Positions 1 through 10,788 of a stretch of 64,000 nt of DNA are shown here, piece by piece. Location of the stretch: NCBI GenBank assembly GCA_965228855.1, contig CBDDIJ010000002.1, positions 1,056,001 through 1,120,000 of the forward strand. The letters run 5' to 3'. The DNA comes from Candidatus Obscuribacterales bacterium. GTDB taxonomy: Bacteria > Cyanobacteriota > Vampirovibrionia > Obscuribacterales > Obscuribacteraceae. The notes under the pieces were generated by a model. The model was given only the letters and a program-made list of their open reading frames with translations. It searched no databases and was not told where the DNA came from. The position numbers were made by a program, and so were the translations under genes. Positions within the stretch are counted from its first letter, which is position 1; each line of letters starts with the position of its first letter.

Positions 1-180
1 TGACGATTCAATGTTTGAAACAGTTGAAGTGGTTTTCGACGCCATTCGTGAGCAGTTGACTGTTCACTGAGGTTTCAACGATTAATCAAGCACAGGAATT
101 CCGTTGACAACTGCGTCTTCATAAATCGAGCCGCCCGTTCTGATAGAGTATTTCTGGTTACCAGGACAGGCGGAAGCGTG

Positions 181-1284
181 ATGAATAAACGGCTTAAGAA
201 GTTGCAGGGCTCGCTGGCGAAAGCGAAAGTTAAAGGGCTTTTGCTTCGAGTTAATGAGTCCGGGCAATCGACTCAGCCGAATAATCAAAACGTTCTCTAT
301 TTGAGCGGGTTCGGCGGTTCGACTGCCGTTCTCCTTGTCACGGCGGACAAGGCTTTGATCGTCGCCGATGCGCGTTACTGGGCGCGCTGTAAAACCGAAG
401 CGAAAGACTTCGAGCTGGTCAAGGTGGAGCGAGGCAAGAAAGTTTCCGGCGCTATCAATCAGGCTTTGCAGCAAGCTGGACTGACTGCGAAGAGTAAAGT
501 CGGTTTTGAATCGCACCGCTTGCCTCACCAGATTTGGGAAGACTGGCAGAAGGATTTGAGGGCTACGCTTGTTCCGACAACCGGTCTGGTCGAAGCGCTA
601 AGGCAGTATAAAGAGCCGCATGAAATCGAAGAGTTGCGTGCTGCCTGCAAGGCGACGAGCAAGGTTTATCAGGAAGTGGTGGCACTGATGAAGCCCGGCA
701 TGACCGAGAACGATGTGGCCTTCGAAATAGATATGCGACTTCGGAAGCATGGTGCGGTCGACAATAGTTTCAGCTCGATCGTGGCTGCCGGACCAAATTC
801 TGCAATTCCGCATCACGCGACTGGAAACAAAAAGCTGAAGGCGGGTGAGCCTGTGGTCATGGATTTTGGTGGTGTCTTCGATGGTGGCTATTGTTCGGAT
901 ATCACAAGAACGGTCTTTGTTCCAGGAAAGGCTCCTACAGCCAAGATGAAGGAGATTTACAACATCGTTCTTGCGGCTAATCAGGCGGCGCGCAAAGCCC
1001 TGCGTCCTGGAATCATGTATCGAGATTACGATAAAGTGGCGCGAGATTACATTGCGGAGCGCGGCTATGGGCAATACTTCACGCATGGTCTCGGTCACAG
1101 CTTAGGTCTTGAAGCACACGATCCGTTCGACTATGAAAAAGCTCCTCTTAACGAAGGCGCGGTGTTCACGGATGAGCCCGGCATCTACATCGACGGCGTC
1201 GGTGGTGTGCGCATCGAGGACGATCTGGTTGTCACCGCCACTGGTGCCGAGCGATTGACGATGGCTCCATACTGGAAGTTCTAA
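181..1284 (+). CDS. Xaa-Pro aminopeptidase/dipeptidase (M24B) with creatinase-like N-domain
   Basis: Motifs YLSGFGGS, DARY, PHH, DFG..GYCSDITRT, HGLGHSLGLEAHD, EPGIY, GVRIEDD. Confidence 0.93.
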   Translation: MNKRLKKLQGSLAKAKVKGLLLRVNESGQSTQPNNQNVLYLSGFGGSTAVLLVTADKALIVADARYWARCKTEAKDFELVKVERGKKVSGAINQALQQAGLTAKSKVGFESHRLPHQIWEDWQKDLRATLVPTTGLVEALRQYKEPHEIEELRAACKATSKVYQEVVALMKPGMTENDVAFEIDMRLRKHGAVDNSFSSIVAAGPNSAIPHHATGNKKLKAGEPVVMDFGGVFDGGYCSDITRTVFVPGKAPTAKMKEIYNIVLAANQAARKALRPGIMYRDYDKVARDYIAERGYGQYFTHGLGHSLGLEAHDPFDYEKAPLNEGAVFTDEPGIYIDGVGGVRIEDDLVVTATGAERLTMAPYWKF

Positions 1285-1384
1285 GCCACCGCGTTTGCGC
1301 TTCAAATTTTCAGCGACCCTGTTTACTGATACCGCTTCAGTGAATGAACTGTTTCAACGGTCTGCTTTGCTGTATGTTTTGAAA

Positions 1385-2464
1385 CTAGCTCCAAGCCTCG
1401 CGTTTCGCGATGATGTCGTCGGCGACAGTGCGCATCAGTTGTTCAACAGGTCCGACCGTTGTGCCCAAAATCCCCATTGATTTGCGAACCTGGAGCCAGT
1501 GGAGGAAACACAGTCGCTCAAGCGCTGCGGCGTAGGGGAGCGCCTTTTGAACGTCTTCCGTTTTTCGCCCTGACTCGAAACAGTATGCTTCCAAAATTTC
1601 GTCCACGTGTTTTCTCAGCTCGCCGTTTTTAGGATGGTCCGAGATAAGAGACGCCAGATCCATCGTGGGCACGCCGATTTGAGTGAACCATGACCAGTCG
1701 ATGATAAAGGTGCGCTCGTTTCGTTTAATAATATTCTCGGCATACAGATCACCGTGAACCAGCGTGGTGGGCTCGCCGGCAAGCGCGTGCGCTATCTCTT
1801 TGGCTGCTTGTGCAATAGTAATCACGTCGTCATCTTTCAAATCACCCCATTCCAGAAGTGGCTTGGTGACTTGATTTGCAAATGTTTCAAAATCTATGGG
1901 ATTGAGCGTTCGCAAAACATTCATCTGAATCAGTTCGTCTGTGCGGTACGAATAAGCGCGGTGCATGCGCGCGATATCTTCGCCGAGGTGGCGGGCGGTT
2001 TTGGTTTCCACTGCCTGATCTTTCAAACTGACGCCGCCGAGGTCTTCGAGGAACATCGTCGTGAGCTGCCCGCTGTGCGCGGTCATATAGAGCTGCGCGG
2101 AACTGGCGATTGATGGAATCAGAATGCGTTCGTGCAAGTCCTGTTCCACGTCCCAGGGCGGCAAAACCTGTTTATAAATCAGCGAATCCGGCAGGCAGTC
2201 TTTGAGGACGATTCGCTCAACATAGCTTAAATCCCGATGGCGCAAAAGCTCACGGCTGACAATCTCGACTGTTTTACCATAGAACTCGGATAGCCATGAC
2301 TGGAGCTTCTCGTCCGGTGCGGGCGTGAGAAGGTGGAGCGAGGGATCTTCTTGAGGAGCTTGCAATGCTTGTCTCCACTGGTTTCCATGAATCGCGGCGA
2401 GTGCTGCGCGATTGTTGAGAGTGACGGCTGGGCTGGAGCGGAACGGGGCATGCACCGTCGACAA
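1385..2464 (-). CDS. Aminoglycoside phosphotransferase/choline kinase-like protein
   Basis: HGDLYAENI and IIDW motifs; start codon uncertain. Confidence 0.8.
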   Translation of the reverse strand: MSTVHAPFRSSPAVTLNNRAALAAIHGNQWRQALQAPQEDPSLHLLTPAPDEKLQSWLSEFYGKTVEIVSRELLRHRDLSYVERIVLKDCLPDSLIYKQVLPPWDVEQDLHERILIPSIASSAQLYMTAHSGQLTTMFLEDLGGVSLKDQAVETKTARHLGEDIARMHRAYSYRTDELIQMNVLRTLNPIDFETFANQVTKPLLEWGDLKDDDVITIAQAAKEIAHALAGEPTTLVHGDLYAENIIKRNERTFIIDWSWFTQIGVPTMDLASLISDHPKNGELRKHVDEILEAYCFESGRKTEDVQKALPYAAALERLCFLHWLQVRKSMGILGTTVGPVEQLMRTVADDIIAKREAWS

Positions 2465-3117
2465 TGCTTATCGTAGCAGCGGTCGAGTGTCGCGTAGCCA
2501 TTCAATGGCATTTGTGTACAAGCGTGATGAGATCGATCTCATGACAATGGCTTGAAACCTTGATTTTGCGTGAATTTCGTATCGCGCGAGCTGGAAGACG
2601 TGCGCTAGATGAGCTTGCCAAGCGGAATCGTAGCGATAACTAGCGCAGGTTTTCAACATAACAATCTAGTAAGAGTATCAAAGAGGAGCGAATTATAAGC
2701 TCATGAGCGTTTACGAACGTTGAAACCACCTGCGCGCACTTAATAGCTTGTGCTTGTATCTGATTCGATTTTCTTTGAGGCTCTTGGCACTAAACACAGG
2801 CAAAGTTTCACCCGACAAGTATTAGCTTTTAACTACACGCGACGTGTGTTTTAGCTGATCGCAGTCGGTGTGCCGGTGGTTTGGCATGAGCGCTCACGAC
2901 ATCAGCCGACCCGGTGTACCTCTGGTGCTCTCTGGTTGTGCAAGTCTCTTGCTGACTGCCGTTAAACGCAGTCTGGCTGTTCAAAGTCGAAGAGAAAACC
3001 GAGGAGGATTTTTCCCGAACGTCCGTGAGTCGAGCGCAGGTGGATACTTCGGTTTCCATCCGCTGTCGCAGTTCTCCGCTCGTTCGCAACTCCTGAACTC
3101 AGGCAAAGGAAGGACAC

Positions 3118-3978
3118 ATGTTCAAGCATATCCAATGGAAGAAGGCGGTGCCGCTCGTCATCATCGCGCTTCTGGCGACAGTTTTCGCCGGTACCGATGT
3201 GCTCAGCGCTGCTGTGCAGACGCAGATCATCGACGTCTTCAAGACGTACGTGAGCGGCATCGTTCCCTACACCGCCAACATCTTCGTCGGCCTCATCTTC
3301 ATCTGCCTTGCCAACCTGCTCTATGACCCGCTGAAAGCCGGCATGGAGAAGGCGCTCAATCTGAGCAATGCAGACGAACGCGGTCGGCGCATCGTATCGC
3401 GCGCGGTGCTCCTGATTTACTGGCTCATTGCCATCATTGTCGGCGTGAGCTTCATCGCTCCGGACTTCCTGTCCAAGCTGGTCGTTGGTTTCGGTCTGTT
3501 TGGTGCGGCCATTGCACTTGCACTGCAGGGCATCGCCAACGACTTCATCGCCGGCGCATTGCTCAATTTCCGCCCCAAGTTCTGTGTGGGTGACGAGATT
3601 GAGCTCATCGGCGTTGCTGTGAAGGGCAAGGTCACGGACATCGGCTATGTGCTGACCGTTCTTGAAACCGAGAACGGCACGTTCACGGTTCCGAACCGAG
3701 AGGTCTGGTCGCGACCGGTCAAGGTCACGAAGCCCGGCGTCGGCACGGTCACACCGTCCGGCGGCTTGAGCTGCACGACTGCAGAGGATGGCAAGTCGGG
3801 CAAGGGCACCGCTGATGGTGCTGCCGCTGCCGCTTCGTCGGTCACCGGTCAGTCGCCCGGTTCAACGGCGCCCTCCACGTCGGCACCCGGCACCACTACC
3901 GGTGGCGAAGCCGAGGGCAAGGACGACGGTGGCAGTGTAGCCCCGCCTGCCGACGACAAGACGCCTCCGGCGAAGTGA
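3118..3978 (+). CDS. mscS: Small-conductance mechanosensitive channel (MscS family) with low-complexity C-tail
   Basis: TM helices, ALQGIANDFIAG, VGDEIE, GKVTDIG, VPN motifs; AAGGAAGG RBS. Confidence 0.85.
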   Translation: MFKHIQWKKAVPLVIIALLATVFAGTDVLSAAVQTQIIDVFKTYVSGIVPYTANIFVGLIFICLANLLYDPLKAGMEKALNLSNADERGRRIVSRAVLLIYWLIAIIVGVSFIAPDFLSKLVVGFGLFGAAIALALQGIANDFIAGALLNFRPKFCVGDEIELIGVAVKGKVTDIGYVLTVLETENGTFTVPNREVWSRPVKVTKPGVGTVTPSGGLSCTTAEDGKSGKGTADGAAAAASSVTGQSPGSTAPSTSAPGTTTGGEAEGKDDGGSVAPPADDKTPPAK

Positions 3979-4061
3979 TTCGTTTTCTTCGTGCGACTCA
4001 TGTAATAACGCGCAGCTCTGCCAAGGCAGGCTGCGCCTAACTCTACGAAAAGAGGGTAGCA

Positions 4062-5588
4062 ATGAAATTCCAACTCGATACGAAAAGCTGCGCTGCGAAA
4101 TCCGCAACCGGCCAACTGCTCATCGTCCCCTGTTTCGAGAGCGACCTGAAAGCGGTCGCCACCGCCGGTGAGACCTTCGCCGCTCTCAACGCCGGTTCTG
4201 CCATCGTCACCGCCGCCGCCGAACAGCAGTTCTCCGGCAAGGCTGGTGAGCTGTTCCCGCACTTCAACGTCAACCACGGCGGCAATGTGCTGCTCGTTGG
4301 GCTGGGCGATACCGCGAAGCTGACGCTCGCCGTGCTCGAAGGTGCGATGGTCAAGGCGCTCAAGAAGGCGAAGGAAACGAAGGTCGCGGAGCTGTCCGTG
4401 GACCTGCAGCCCATCCTGGCGCAGTCTCTGGACGCCTACGCTGTCGGCCGCCTGCTCGGCTCCAGCGTCGTCACGCTGGACCACAACGCGAAGAGCTTCA
4501 AGACGAAGCACTCGAACCCCAGGGGCGACCACAACATCAAGTCGATGCGTGTGACCGCTCCGCAGAGCCTGGCCGAGACGGTCAAGAAGGGGCTGCTCGA
4601 CGGTCGTTCGCTCGGCTCGGGTGTCACCTGCGCCCGCGACCTGGTCACGCTTCCGGCCAACCACCTGACGCCGTTCAAGCTCATGGAAGCGGCCAAGGAT
4701 GTCGTCGCTCAGAGCAAGGGGCTCATCACGGGCAAGTACTTCTGGGGCAAGCGCTTGCAGCAGATGGGCGCCCATGCGCTCCTGGCTGTCGCCCGCGGCT
4801 CCAGCGAACTGCCCGTGCTCATCGAGCTCGACTACACGCCGGAGACCGGCCCGACGAAGGAGACGCTCTGCCTGGTCGGCAAGTCGGTCACCTTCGACAC
4901 CGGCGGCGTCAATCTCAAGCCGGCTGACGGCATGCGCCACATGAAGCGCGACATGGCCGGCGGCGCTACGGTGCTCGGCGCGCTGAAGGCAATTGCGGCG
5001 CTCAAGCTGCCGATCTCCGTGAAGGTGATCATGGCGGCTACCGAGAACATGCCCGACGGCAAGGCTTACAAGCCCGGCGACGTCATCAACACCATGAATG
5101 GTATCACGGTCGAGATCGACAACACCGACGCGGAAGGGCGGCTGACGCTCGCTGATGCGATCGAGTACGCCAAGCGCTCCGGCGCGACGCGCATCGTCGA
5201 CTTCGCGACCCTGACCGGCGCGGTGAAGATGATCGCCGGCGACGTCGGTGCTGCTGCGTTCGGCAACCATCCGGAATTCACCGCCAAGGTGGTGGAAGCC
5301 GGAGCGTCGGTCGGCGAGCTCATGGTCAATGTGCCGATGTGGGCTGAACTGCGCCGGCAGAACGACTCCGACATCGCCGACCTGAAGAACTCGGGCGGCT
5401 CCGGTGCCGGTGCGACTACGGCGGCGTGGTTTATCCGCGAATTCGCCGGCGAAGAAATCGATTGGGTGCACATCGACATCGCCGGTGTGGCCTGGCGCGA
5501 GCGTTCGCTCGGCGTCGATCCCAAGGGCGCAACCGGCTGGGGTGTTCGCACCGCCGTCGCGCTCGCTGAGTCGCTGGCTGCGAAGTAG
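4062..5588 (+). CDS. pepA: Leucyl aminopeptidase (M17)
   Basis: GKSVTFDTGG, DMAGGA, NTDAEGRL, ATLTGA, WVHIDIAG. Confidence 0.95.
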   Translation: MKFQLDTKSCAAKSATGQLLIVPCFESDLKAVATAGETFAALNAGSAIVTAAAEQQFSGKAGELFPHFNVNHGGNVLLVGLGDTAKLTLAVLEGAMVKALKKAKETKVAELSVDLQPILAQSLDAYAVGRLLGSSVVTLDHNAKSFKTKHSNPRGDHNIKSMRVTAPQSLAETVKKGLLDGRSLGSGVTCARDLVTLPANHLTPFKLMEAAKDVVAQSKGLITGKYFWGKRLQQMGAHALLAVARGSSELPVLIELDYTPETGPTKETLCLVGKSVTFDTGGVNLKPADGMRHMKRDMAGGATVLGALKAIAALKLPISVKVIMAATENMPDGKAYKPGDVINTMNGITVEIDNTDAEGRLTLADAIEYAKRSGATRIVDFATLTGAVKMIAGDVGAAAFGNHPEFTAKVVEAGASVGELMVNVPMWAELRRQNDSDIADLKNSGGSGAGATTAAWFIREFAGEEIDWVHIDIAGVAWRERSLGVDPKGATGWGVRTAVALAESLAAK

Positions 5589-5762
5589 CCCGCGACTACA
5601 ACCGTAACAGGACTGCTCGGCGCGGTTTTACACGCGTCGAGCAGCTGGTTATACCCATGAAACACAAACGAAGCCTTTCTTTCTCGAGCTCCCAAAAGCT
5701 CTGTTTAACGTCCGGATTCTCTCTGCGCGTGAGTGCGGGGATAACGATTTGGAGGAATAACA

Positions 5763-7211
5763 ATGGACGGACCTGATCACGGCGGCGACCACGGTGGTGG
5801 TCACGGCGGCGGTTTTGGCGGCGGTCACGGCGGGGGCGACCATGGTCACGGAGGTGGACACCACGGAGGTGGACACCACGGCGGCCATCACGGAGGTCAC
5901 CACGGTGGCCATCACGGCGGTCATCACGACCATCACGGCGGGCATCATGGCGGTCACCACGGTGGCCATCATGGTGGCAAGGGCGGTAGCATTACCGCTC
6001 AGTCGATCAGTGTTGCTGGTCCCAGCAGCTCTGGTCCGCAGGGTGGTGGCTCCGGTGCCAACGACCTCGGCGGCGACCACGATTTCGCCAACCACAGCCG
6101 CGATAGCGGCGGACCTTTCAACACCGGTCTGGACGATCACCTCTCGAACCTCGAGATGGACCAGTTCGGTGGCAGCCGACGTCTCTTCGACATCGACGCT
6201 GCAAACGATCAACTCATGCTCTCCTACGACCACTGCGTGGTCTTCGACGGAGGGCAGACCTGCGAGGGTGGCGGCTACCGGCTGGTGGACGCTGTTCGTG
6301 GCACCTTCGAGGATGACGTGTATGACCCGGACGGCTCAACCTCTCCGGTTCACACCACGCACCAGCTCACGCCGGAGCAAATCGAAATCGTCAAGGCGAT
6401 GGCGGCTGACCCGCGCCGGCGCATGTACGGTGTTCACGTTACCAACCACGGGCTCATCCACCTCAAGGACGAGTTCAAGCGCATCGCTGAGGCGTGCAAC
6501 TGTGTCCGCATCGACACGGTAACGCCGAACTTCTTCGCGTCCGACGATCAGCTGCCCGAGCTGGCCGACTGGAACATCTGGAAGCCGCCCTTCAGTCGCA
6601 AGAAGGTGCCGGCCGGTTACTACCCGAACGCGACCGGTTACACCAGGATCTGGAAACAGTACTGGCAGGTGAAACATCCGGACCCGACCTGGTGGGAGAA
6701 ACTCTTCATCCAGTACGGTCCGAAGCACAACCCGAACTGGCGCTTCGACCGCTTCTGCAACACGATTCTCGAGGTCACCTGCGTGACCTGGTATTACCGT
6801 GAAGCTTGCGACTATGAGACGCGTTTTCACGTCCGCGTGATTTCGCTTCCCTACCTGGACCCGCACGACAAGCGCTGGGGTTACCTGAAGGAACCGTTCG
6901 CGAAGTATCAGCTTGCCGCCAAGCAGCTGTGCGAACAAGTGCTCCGCCGGCTCAAGGCCTGCCCGCCTCATCCGATTGCGGTGCAAAACCGCGGCGAAAT
7001 CCTCAAGAAAACTCGCGAGGAAGCGGAGCAGCGTCGGGCGGAAGCTCAGTTGATGCGCGCCAACAGCGGCTTAAACGTGCCTGCCGGTGCGACGCCGCCC
7101 TCGGTCGATGCAGACGGCTGTCCGGTGAAGTCCGGCGCCGATATCGGTGCGGCACTCAACGCCAACCCGGACATGGTCACGGTGAAGCTGAAGCTGCCGC
7201 GACGCAGCTAG
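5763..7211 (+). CDS. Hypothetical protein with His/Gly-rich (GGHH)n N-terminus
   Basis: 482-aa ORF, GGAGG RBS, GC-rich third positions like its neighbours. Confidence 0.8.
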   Translation: MDGPDHGGDHGGGHGGGFGGGHGGGDHGHGGGHHGGGHHGGHHGGHHGGHHGGHHDHHGGHHGGHHGGHHGGKGGSITAQSISVAGPSSSGPQGGGSGANDLGGDHDFANHSRDSGGPFNTGLDDHLSNLEMDQFGGSRRLFDIDAANDQLMLSYDHCVVFDGGQTCEGGGYRLVDAVRGTFEDDVYDPDGSTSPVHTTHQLTPEQIEIVKAMAADPRRRMYGVHVTNHGLIHLKDEFKRIAEACNCVRIDTVTPNFFASDDQLPELADWNIWKPPFSRKKVPAGYYPNATGYTRIWKQYWQVKHPDPTWWEKLFIQYGPKHNPNWRFDRFCNTILEVTCVTWYYREACDYETRFHVRVISLPYLDPHDKRWGYLKEPFAKYQLAAKQLCEQVLRRLKACPPHPIAVQNRGEILKKTREEAEQRRAEAQLMRANSGLNVPAGATPPSVDADGCPVKSGADIGAALNANPDMVTVKLKLPRRS

Positions 7212-7219
7212 AGTGAGTG

Positions 7220-7260
7220 GGCGGCGATCGGTCAGTCTCATAAAACGACCGGTCGCCGCC
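7220..7260 (+). terminator. Stem-loop downstream of the His-rich gene
   Basis: GGCGGCGATCGGTC...GACCGGTCGCCGCC inverted repeat; no clear U-tract. Confidence 0.5.
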
Positions 7261-7341
7261 GCTTCCTGGCGCGCTAATTATTCGCCGTGTGCTATCCTTG
7301 CCTTGCTTCAAGCCCCTGCAAGTCAAGGTCTCCATCTCGAA

Positions 7342-8100
7342 ATGGCAAAAACGCAAACGGCGAAGAAATCGAACGTCAAACTAACCGTCGCAGGCTTGAG
7401 CGACGTTGGTTTGTTGCGGTCTGAGAATCAAGACCGGCTGTACATAAGCCGCGACAAACGGATTCTAGTTGTCGCCGACGGCATGGGTGGACATAATGGG
7501 GGTTCGGTCGCCAGTCAGCTTTTCATCGACTGGTTCGAAACCGAATTCAAACGCAAAAGTCCGCTTCTGAGCAGTCGACGTTCAATCAAAACCTGGGCGC
7601 AACGCGTCATTACGATGGCGAATTCGGAAATATACAAATGGGGCAGGACCGAGCTCGACCTCTGGGGAATGGGCACGACAGGCGTCGCGCTCGTTGTCGG
7701 AGACGACTTCGTGCATTGCTCTCACGTTGGGGACTCCCGAATTTACCGCGCCAGGCAAGGAAAGCTTGTTCAGCTGACGAAAGACCACTCGGCTGTTCAG
7801 GACATGATCGATGCAGGAGAATGCACTGAGGCTGAGCGCAAAGGCCACCCTCGGTCGCACATCGTCACTCGGTTCGTCGGCGACATCGCTGTCAACGTCG
7901 AACATCATGCGTATAAATGGCAGGAAGGTGATGTTTACCTCCTCGCCTCTGACGGCTTGACCGATATCGTCGAAGACTCGTTCATACAGTCGGTCTTATG
8001 CAGTCGGATGAGTATCAAACGCATGTGTGCCGAACTTGTCGATCGTGTTTTGATGTCGGGAGCTCCGGATAACGTCACGGTTTTAGTAGCGGGCATGTAG
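7342..8100 (+). CDS. PP2C-family Ser/Thr protein phosphatase (Stp1/PrpC-like)
   Basis: SDVGLLRSENQD, VADGMGGH, GMGTT, HVGDSR, SDGL, DNVT; ATG at 7342 preferred over the ORF-finder start. Confidence 0.93.
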   Translation: MAKTQTAKKSNVKLTVAGLSDVGLLRSENQDRLYISRDKRILVVADGMGGHNGGSVASQLFIDWFETEFKRKSPLLSSRRSIKTWAQRVITMANSEIYKWGRTELDLWGMGTTGVALVVGDDFVHCSHVGDSRIYRARQGKLVQLTKDHSAVQDMIDAGECTEAERKGHPRSHIVTRFVGDIAVNVEHHAYKWQEGDVYLLASDGLTDIVEDSFIQSVLCSRMSIKRMCAELVDRVLMSGAPDNVTVLVAGM

Positions 8101-8250
8101 CAACGCCTCCTCTAAACTTTGAGAGCCGACCGTGAAGGTTGGCTTTTCGTGCTGTGTTCGCTGCTTCCCGGCACTCTCTCGAATTCGTTTTATAAACCGC
8201 GCCTCCTCAAAACAGGCGAATCTTTAGCAATCAACGCAAAGGGATCGTCT

Positions 8251-9999
8251 ATGCACGATATGAACTTCCTGCAGGACATGCTGGTCCTGTTCGCGCTGGG
8301 CATATTCACCGTGGTGATCTTTCACCGCGTGAACCTGCCTCCGGTGCTGGGATTTCTCCTCACGGGTCTGCTGTGCGGACCCTACGGATTTAAGCTCGTG
8401 GAAAACATCCACGAGGTCGAGGCTCTGGCGGAACTCGGAGTGGTTCTGCTCCTCTTTACGATAGGCATCGAGTTCTCCTTTGAGAAACTGAAGAAGATGC
8501 GATACTTCCTGCTCATCGGCGGAAGCCTTCAGGTTCTTGGAACGATCGCGGCGACCGCCGTAATCGGAGGACTCTTCGGGTTGGCGCTCAACGTGGCAAT
8601 CTTCCTCGGCATGCTGGTCTCGCTGAGCAGCACCGTTCTGGTCGTGCGACTGCTTCAGCATCGCAACCAGATGACGGGCGGACATGGTACAGCATCCGTC
8701 GGCATCATGGTCTTCCAGGACCTCTGCATCGTGCCGATGGTGCTTGCTGTTCCCTTCCTCGGCGGCACCGAGCTGGACATGACCGAGATCCTGCTCATCA
8801 CCGGCAAGTCTGTCGCCTTCGTCATCGTTGCCGTTGTTCTGGCGCGCTACATGGTGCCCTGGCTTCTCGACCACGTCGCCAACACGCGCAAGCGCGAAGC
8901 GTTTGTGCTGAGCGTCATGCTGCTGTGCCTGGGTACCGGCTACGCCACCTCTCAGGTCGGTCTGTCGCTGGCTCTGGGCGCCTTCCTCGCCGGTCTGGTC
9001 ATCTCCGAATCGAAGTACAGCCATCAGGCCTTCAGTGACATCCTGCCGTTTCGTGAGGTGTTCAACTTCCTGGTGTTCGTGTCGATCGGAATGATGTTCG
9101 ATGCGCGCACGCTACTGGCAGAGCCCTGGCTGATCGCCTGGTGTCTGGTTCTGCTCGTCCTGATCAAGGCTGCCATCACGGCCGGTATCGCCTTCGGTTT
9201 CGGCTATTCGTTAAGAGTTGCCGTGATGACTGGCTTTACGCTGGCTCAGGTTTCGGAGTTCTCGTTCGTTCTTGCCAAACAAGGTTTGGCTGAGAAAGTT
9301 TGGGACGCCAGTGCCAATCAGGTATTCCTTGCGGTCGCCATTCTCTCGATGGCGGTCACGCCGGGGGTCTGGGCTATTGGCGAAAAGGTCGCGAAACTTC
9401 TCGAGCGCATCCTGCCCGACCGTTGGGTGGGTGGTCGACGCGCGGCGCCCGCCGATACCGGACAGGTCCTCGAAGGGCACGTGATCATCGTCGGCTACGG
9501 CATCAGCGGTCGCACGCTGGCTCGCGTCCTTACGGACGTCAACACACCGCACATCGTCGTGGAACAAGATCCTGACCTGGTTCGCATCGGTCAGGCGGCC
9601 AAAGAGCCAATCTTCTACGGGGACGCTGCCAGTCAATCGGTTCTCGAACATGCCGGCATCGGCACGGCGAAACTGATTGCAATTACCACAATCGACGCTC
9701 GCTCGGCTGCGCGGACGGCGGCACTGGCACGGGGGCTCAACCCCAACGTGCAGGTGATCGCTCGTGCCCGCATGCTCGATGAAGTCGACCCGCTTGTGAA
9801 AGCTGGTGCGCACGAGGTCGTCCCTGAAGAACTTGCAGGCAGCGTCGAGATGTTCGCGCGTGTCCTGATGACTCTTCAGGTGCCGGACCCGGTCGTCGAA
9901 TCCTGCATCGACCACGTGCACAAGGACTGGGCCGGGACTTACCCTCCCACCATCCTGGGTTTCGTGAAGTCGAACAAGAAAGAAGGAGAAGAAAAGTGA
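8251..9999 (+). CDS. CPA2 cation:proton antiporter with TrkA-N (KTN) domain, Kef-like
   Basis: LAELGVVLLLFTIGIE, SLSST, FQD, LGAFLAG, EFSFV; C-terminal IIVGYGISG and YGDA. Confidence 0.92.
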   Translation: MHDMNFLQDMLVLFALGIFTVVIFHRVNLPPVLGFLLTGLLCGPYGFKLVENIHEVEALAELGVVLLLFTIGIEFSFEKLKKMRYFLLIGGSLQVLGTIAATAVIGGLFGLALNVAIFLGMLVSLSSTVLVVRLLQHRNQMTGGHGTASVGIMVFQDLCIVPMVLAVPFLGGTELDMTEILLITGKSVAFVIVAVVLARYMVPWLLDHVANTRKREAFVLSVMLLCLGTGYATSQVGLSLALGAFLAGLVISESKYSHQAFSDILPFREVFNFLVFVSIGMMFDARTLLAEPWLIAWCLVLLVLIKAAITAGIAFGFGYSLRVAVMTGFTLAQVSEFSFVLAKQGLAEKVWDASANQVFLAVAILSMAVTPGVWAIGEKVAKLLERILPDRWVGGRRAAPADTGQVLEGHVIIVGYGISGRTLARVLTDVNTPHIVVEQDPDLVRIGQAAKEPIFYGDAASQSVLEHAGIGTAKLIAITTIDARSAARTAALARGLNPNVQVIARARMLDEVDPLVKAGAHEVVPEELAGSVEMFARVLMTLQVPDPVVESCIDHVHKDWAGTYPPTILGFVKSNKKEGEEK

Positions 10000-10394
10000 T
10001 TATCCTTGTTCACCTCGTATTTCTGACGCTCGTGTATCTGGTGCTGCCTGCCCTCAGCGCAGTGCTAGGCGACGGCGGTGTCATCGCTGATGGTGGCATT
10101 CTCGCTGCCGTCGGTCTGGCCGTTGCGTCGGAAGTCGTCCTCGTCATCATGTCAGTGCTGGCGAATGTGCTCACCAGGCTCGCGGGAATCAATCCGCTGC
10201 TGCAGCGCCGGAAGGCTGAGACGATAGCTCAAGTTGCGATCGGTCTCGGGCTGGCGGCGTTCCTTTCGCTGTTGCCGGCAAGTGTTCTCGGTCTGGCATG
10301 GTACTGGGTGCTGATCGTGCCCGCGTTTATCTGTCTGGGAATGCAGGTTATTGTGACGGTCAAGCGTCGTATGATCGCGCGTTCCTATCGCTAG
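9996..10394 (+). CDS. Hypothetical 4-TM membrane protein
   Basis: GTGA overlap with the antiporter stop, AAGGAG RBS, hydrophobic helices. Confidence 0.75.
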   Translation: MIILVHLVFLTLVYLVLPALSAVLGDGGVIADGGILAAVGLAVASEVVLVIMSVLANVLTRLAGINPLLQRRKAETIAQVAIGLGLAAFLSLLPASVLGLAWYWVLIVPAFICLGMQVIVTVKRRMIARSYR

Positions 10395-10442
10395 GAGCCC
10401 GTGCCTGGACCGGCAAGTCCTGCTCTCAGGTTTTGTGGCGTG

Positions 10443-10504
10443 GTGGCGCTGGCGGTGGCGGAGTTTTCTCCCCATCGCCGGTAGCCACTACGTTTTTTTT
10501 CTTT
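10443..10504 (+). terminator. Probable intrinsic terminator
   Basis: GTGGCGCTGGCGGTGG/CCATCGCCGGTAGCCAC stem followed by a long T-run. Confidence 0.55.
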
Positions 10505-10788
10505 GGTATTACGGGTAGTGCAAACTAGAGAATATAGTAAAATGGGCAGCTCGGCCGCCATTTTTTCGTCCGCATCCAGGACTTCAGGAGCCCCTTTAGG
10601 TTGGGCCTGACAATTCAAAGGCTGGATGTATTCAACTCGCTACAAGTTTCACGACAACTTGCGAATAAAAGTCTCTCAAAAAATTTTGAAAAATGGGAAA
10701 CAAAAAGTAGCCTTTACGAGTCCCGGTAGCAAAACGATTTATGATAGGTGAATGCGGCAAACACTGTGACCGCGCCAATCGGAGCCCC

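Noticed and set aside
2790..2830. CACAGGCAAA resembling the start of a c-di-GMP-I riboswitch
   Set aside because: The following GAAA tetraloop stem and GCAAA elements are missing.
4062..5588. PepA as the architectural protein for the fixed-spacing elements, as in Xer-cer recombination
   Set aside because: No XerCD/dif-like core sites are seen, and nothing links pepA to the elements beyond being in the same window.
10532..10540. ATATAGTAA near-match to the box after the first GC-rich block
   Set aside because: No recognisable core at 85 or 96-97 bp; may be an ordinary -10 element. An exact ATATAGTAG at 25524 lies inside a CDS and is treated as chance.
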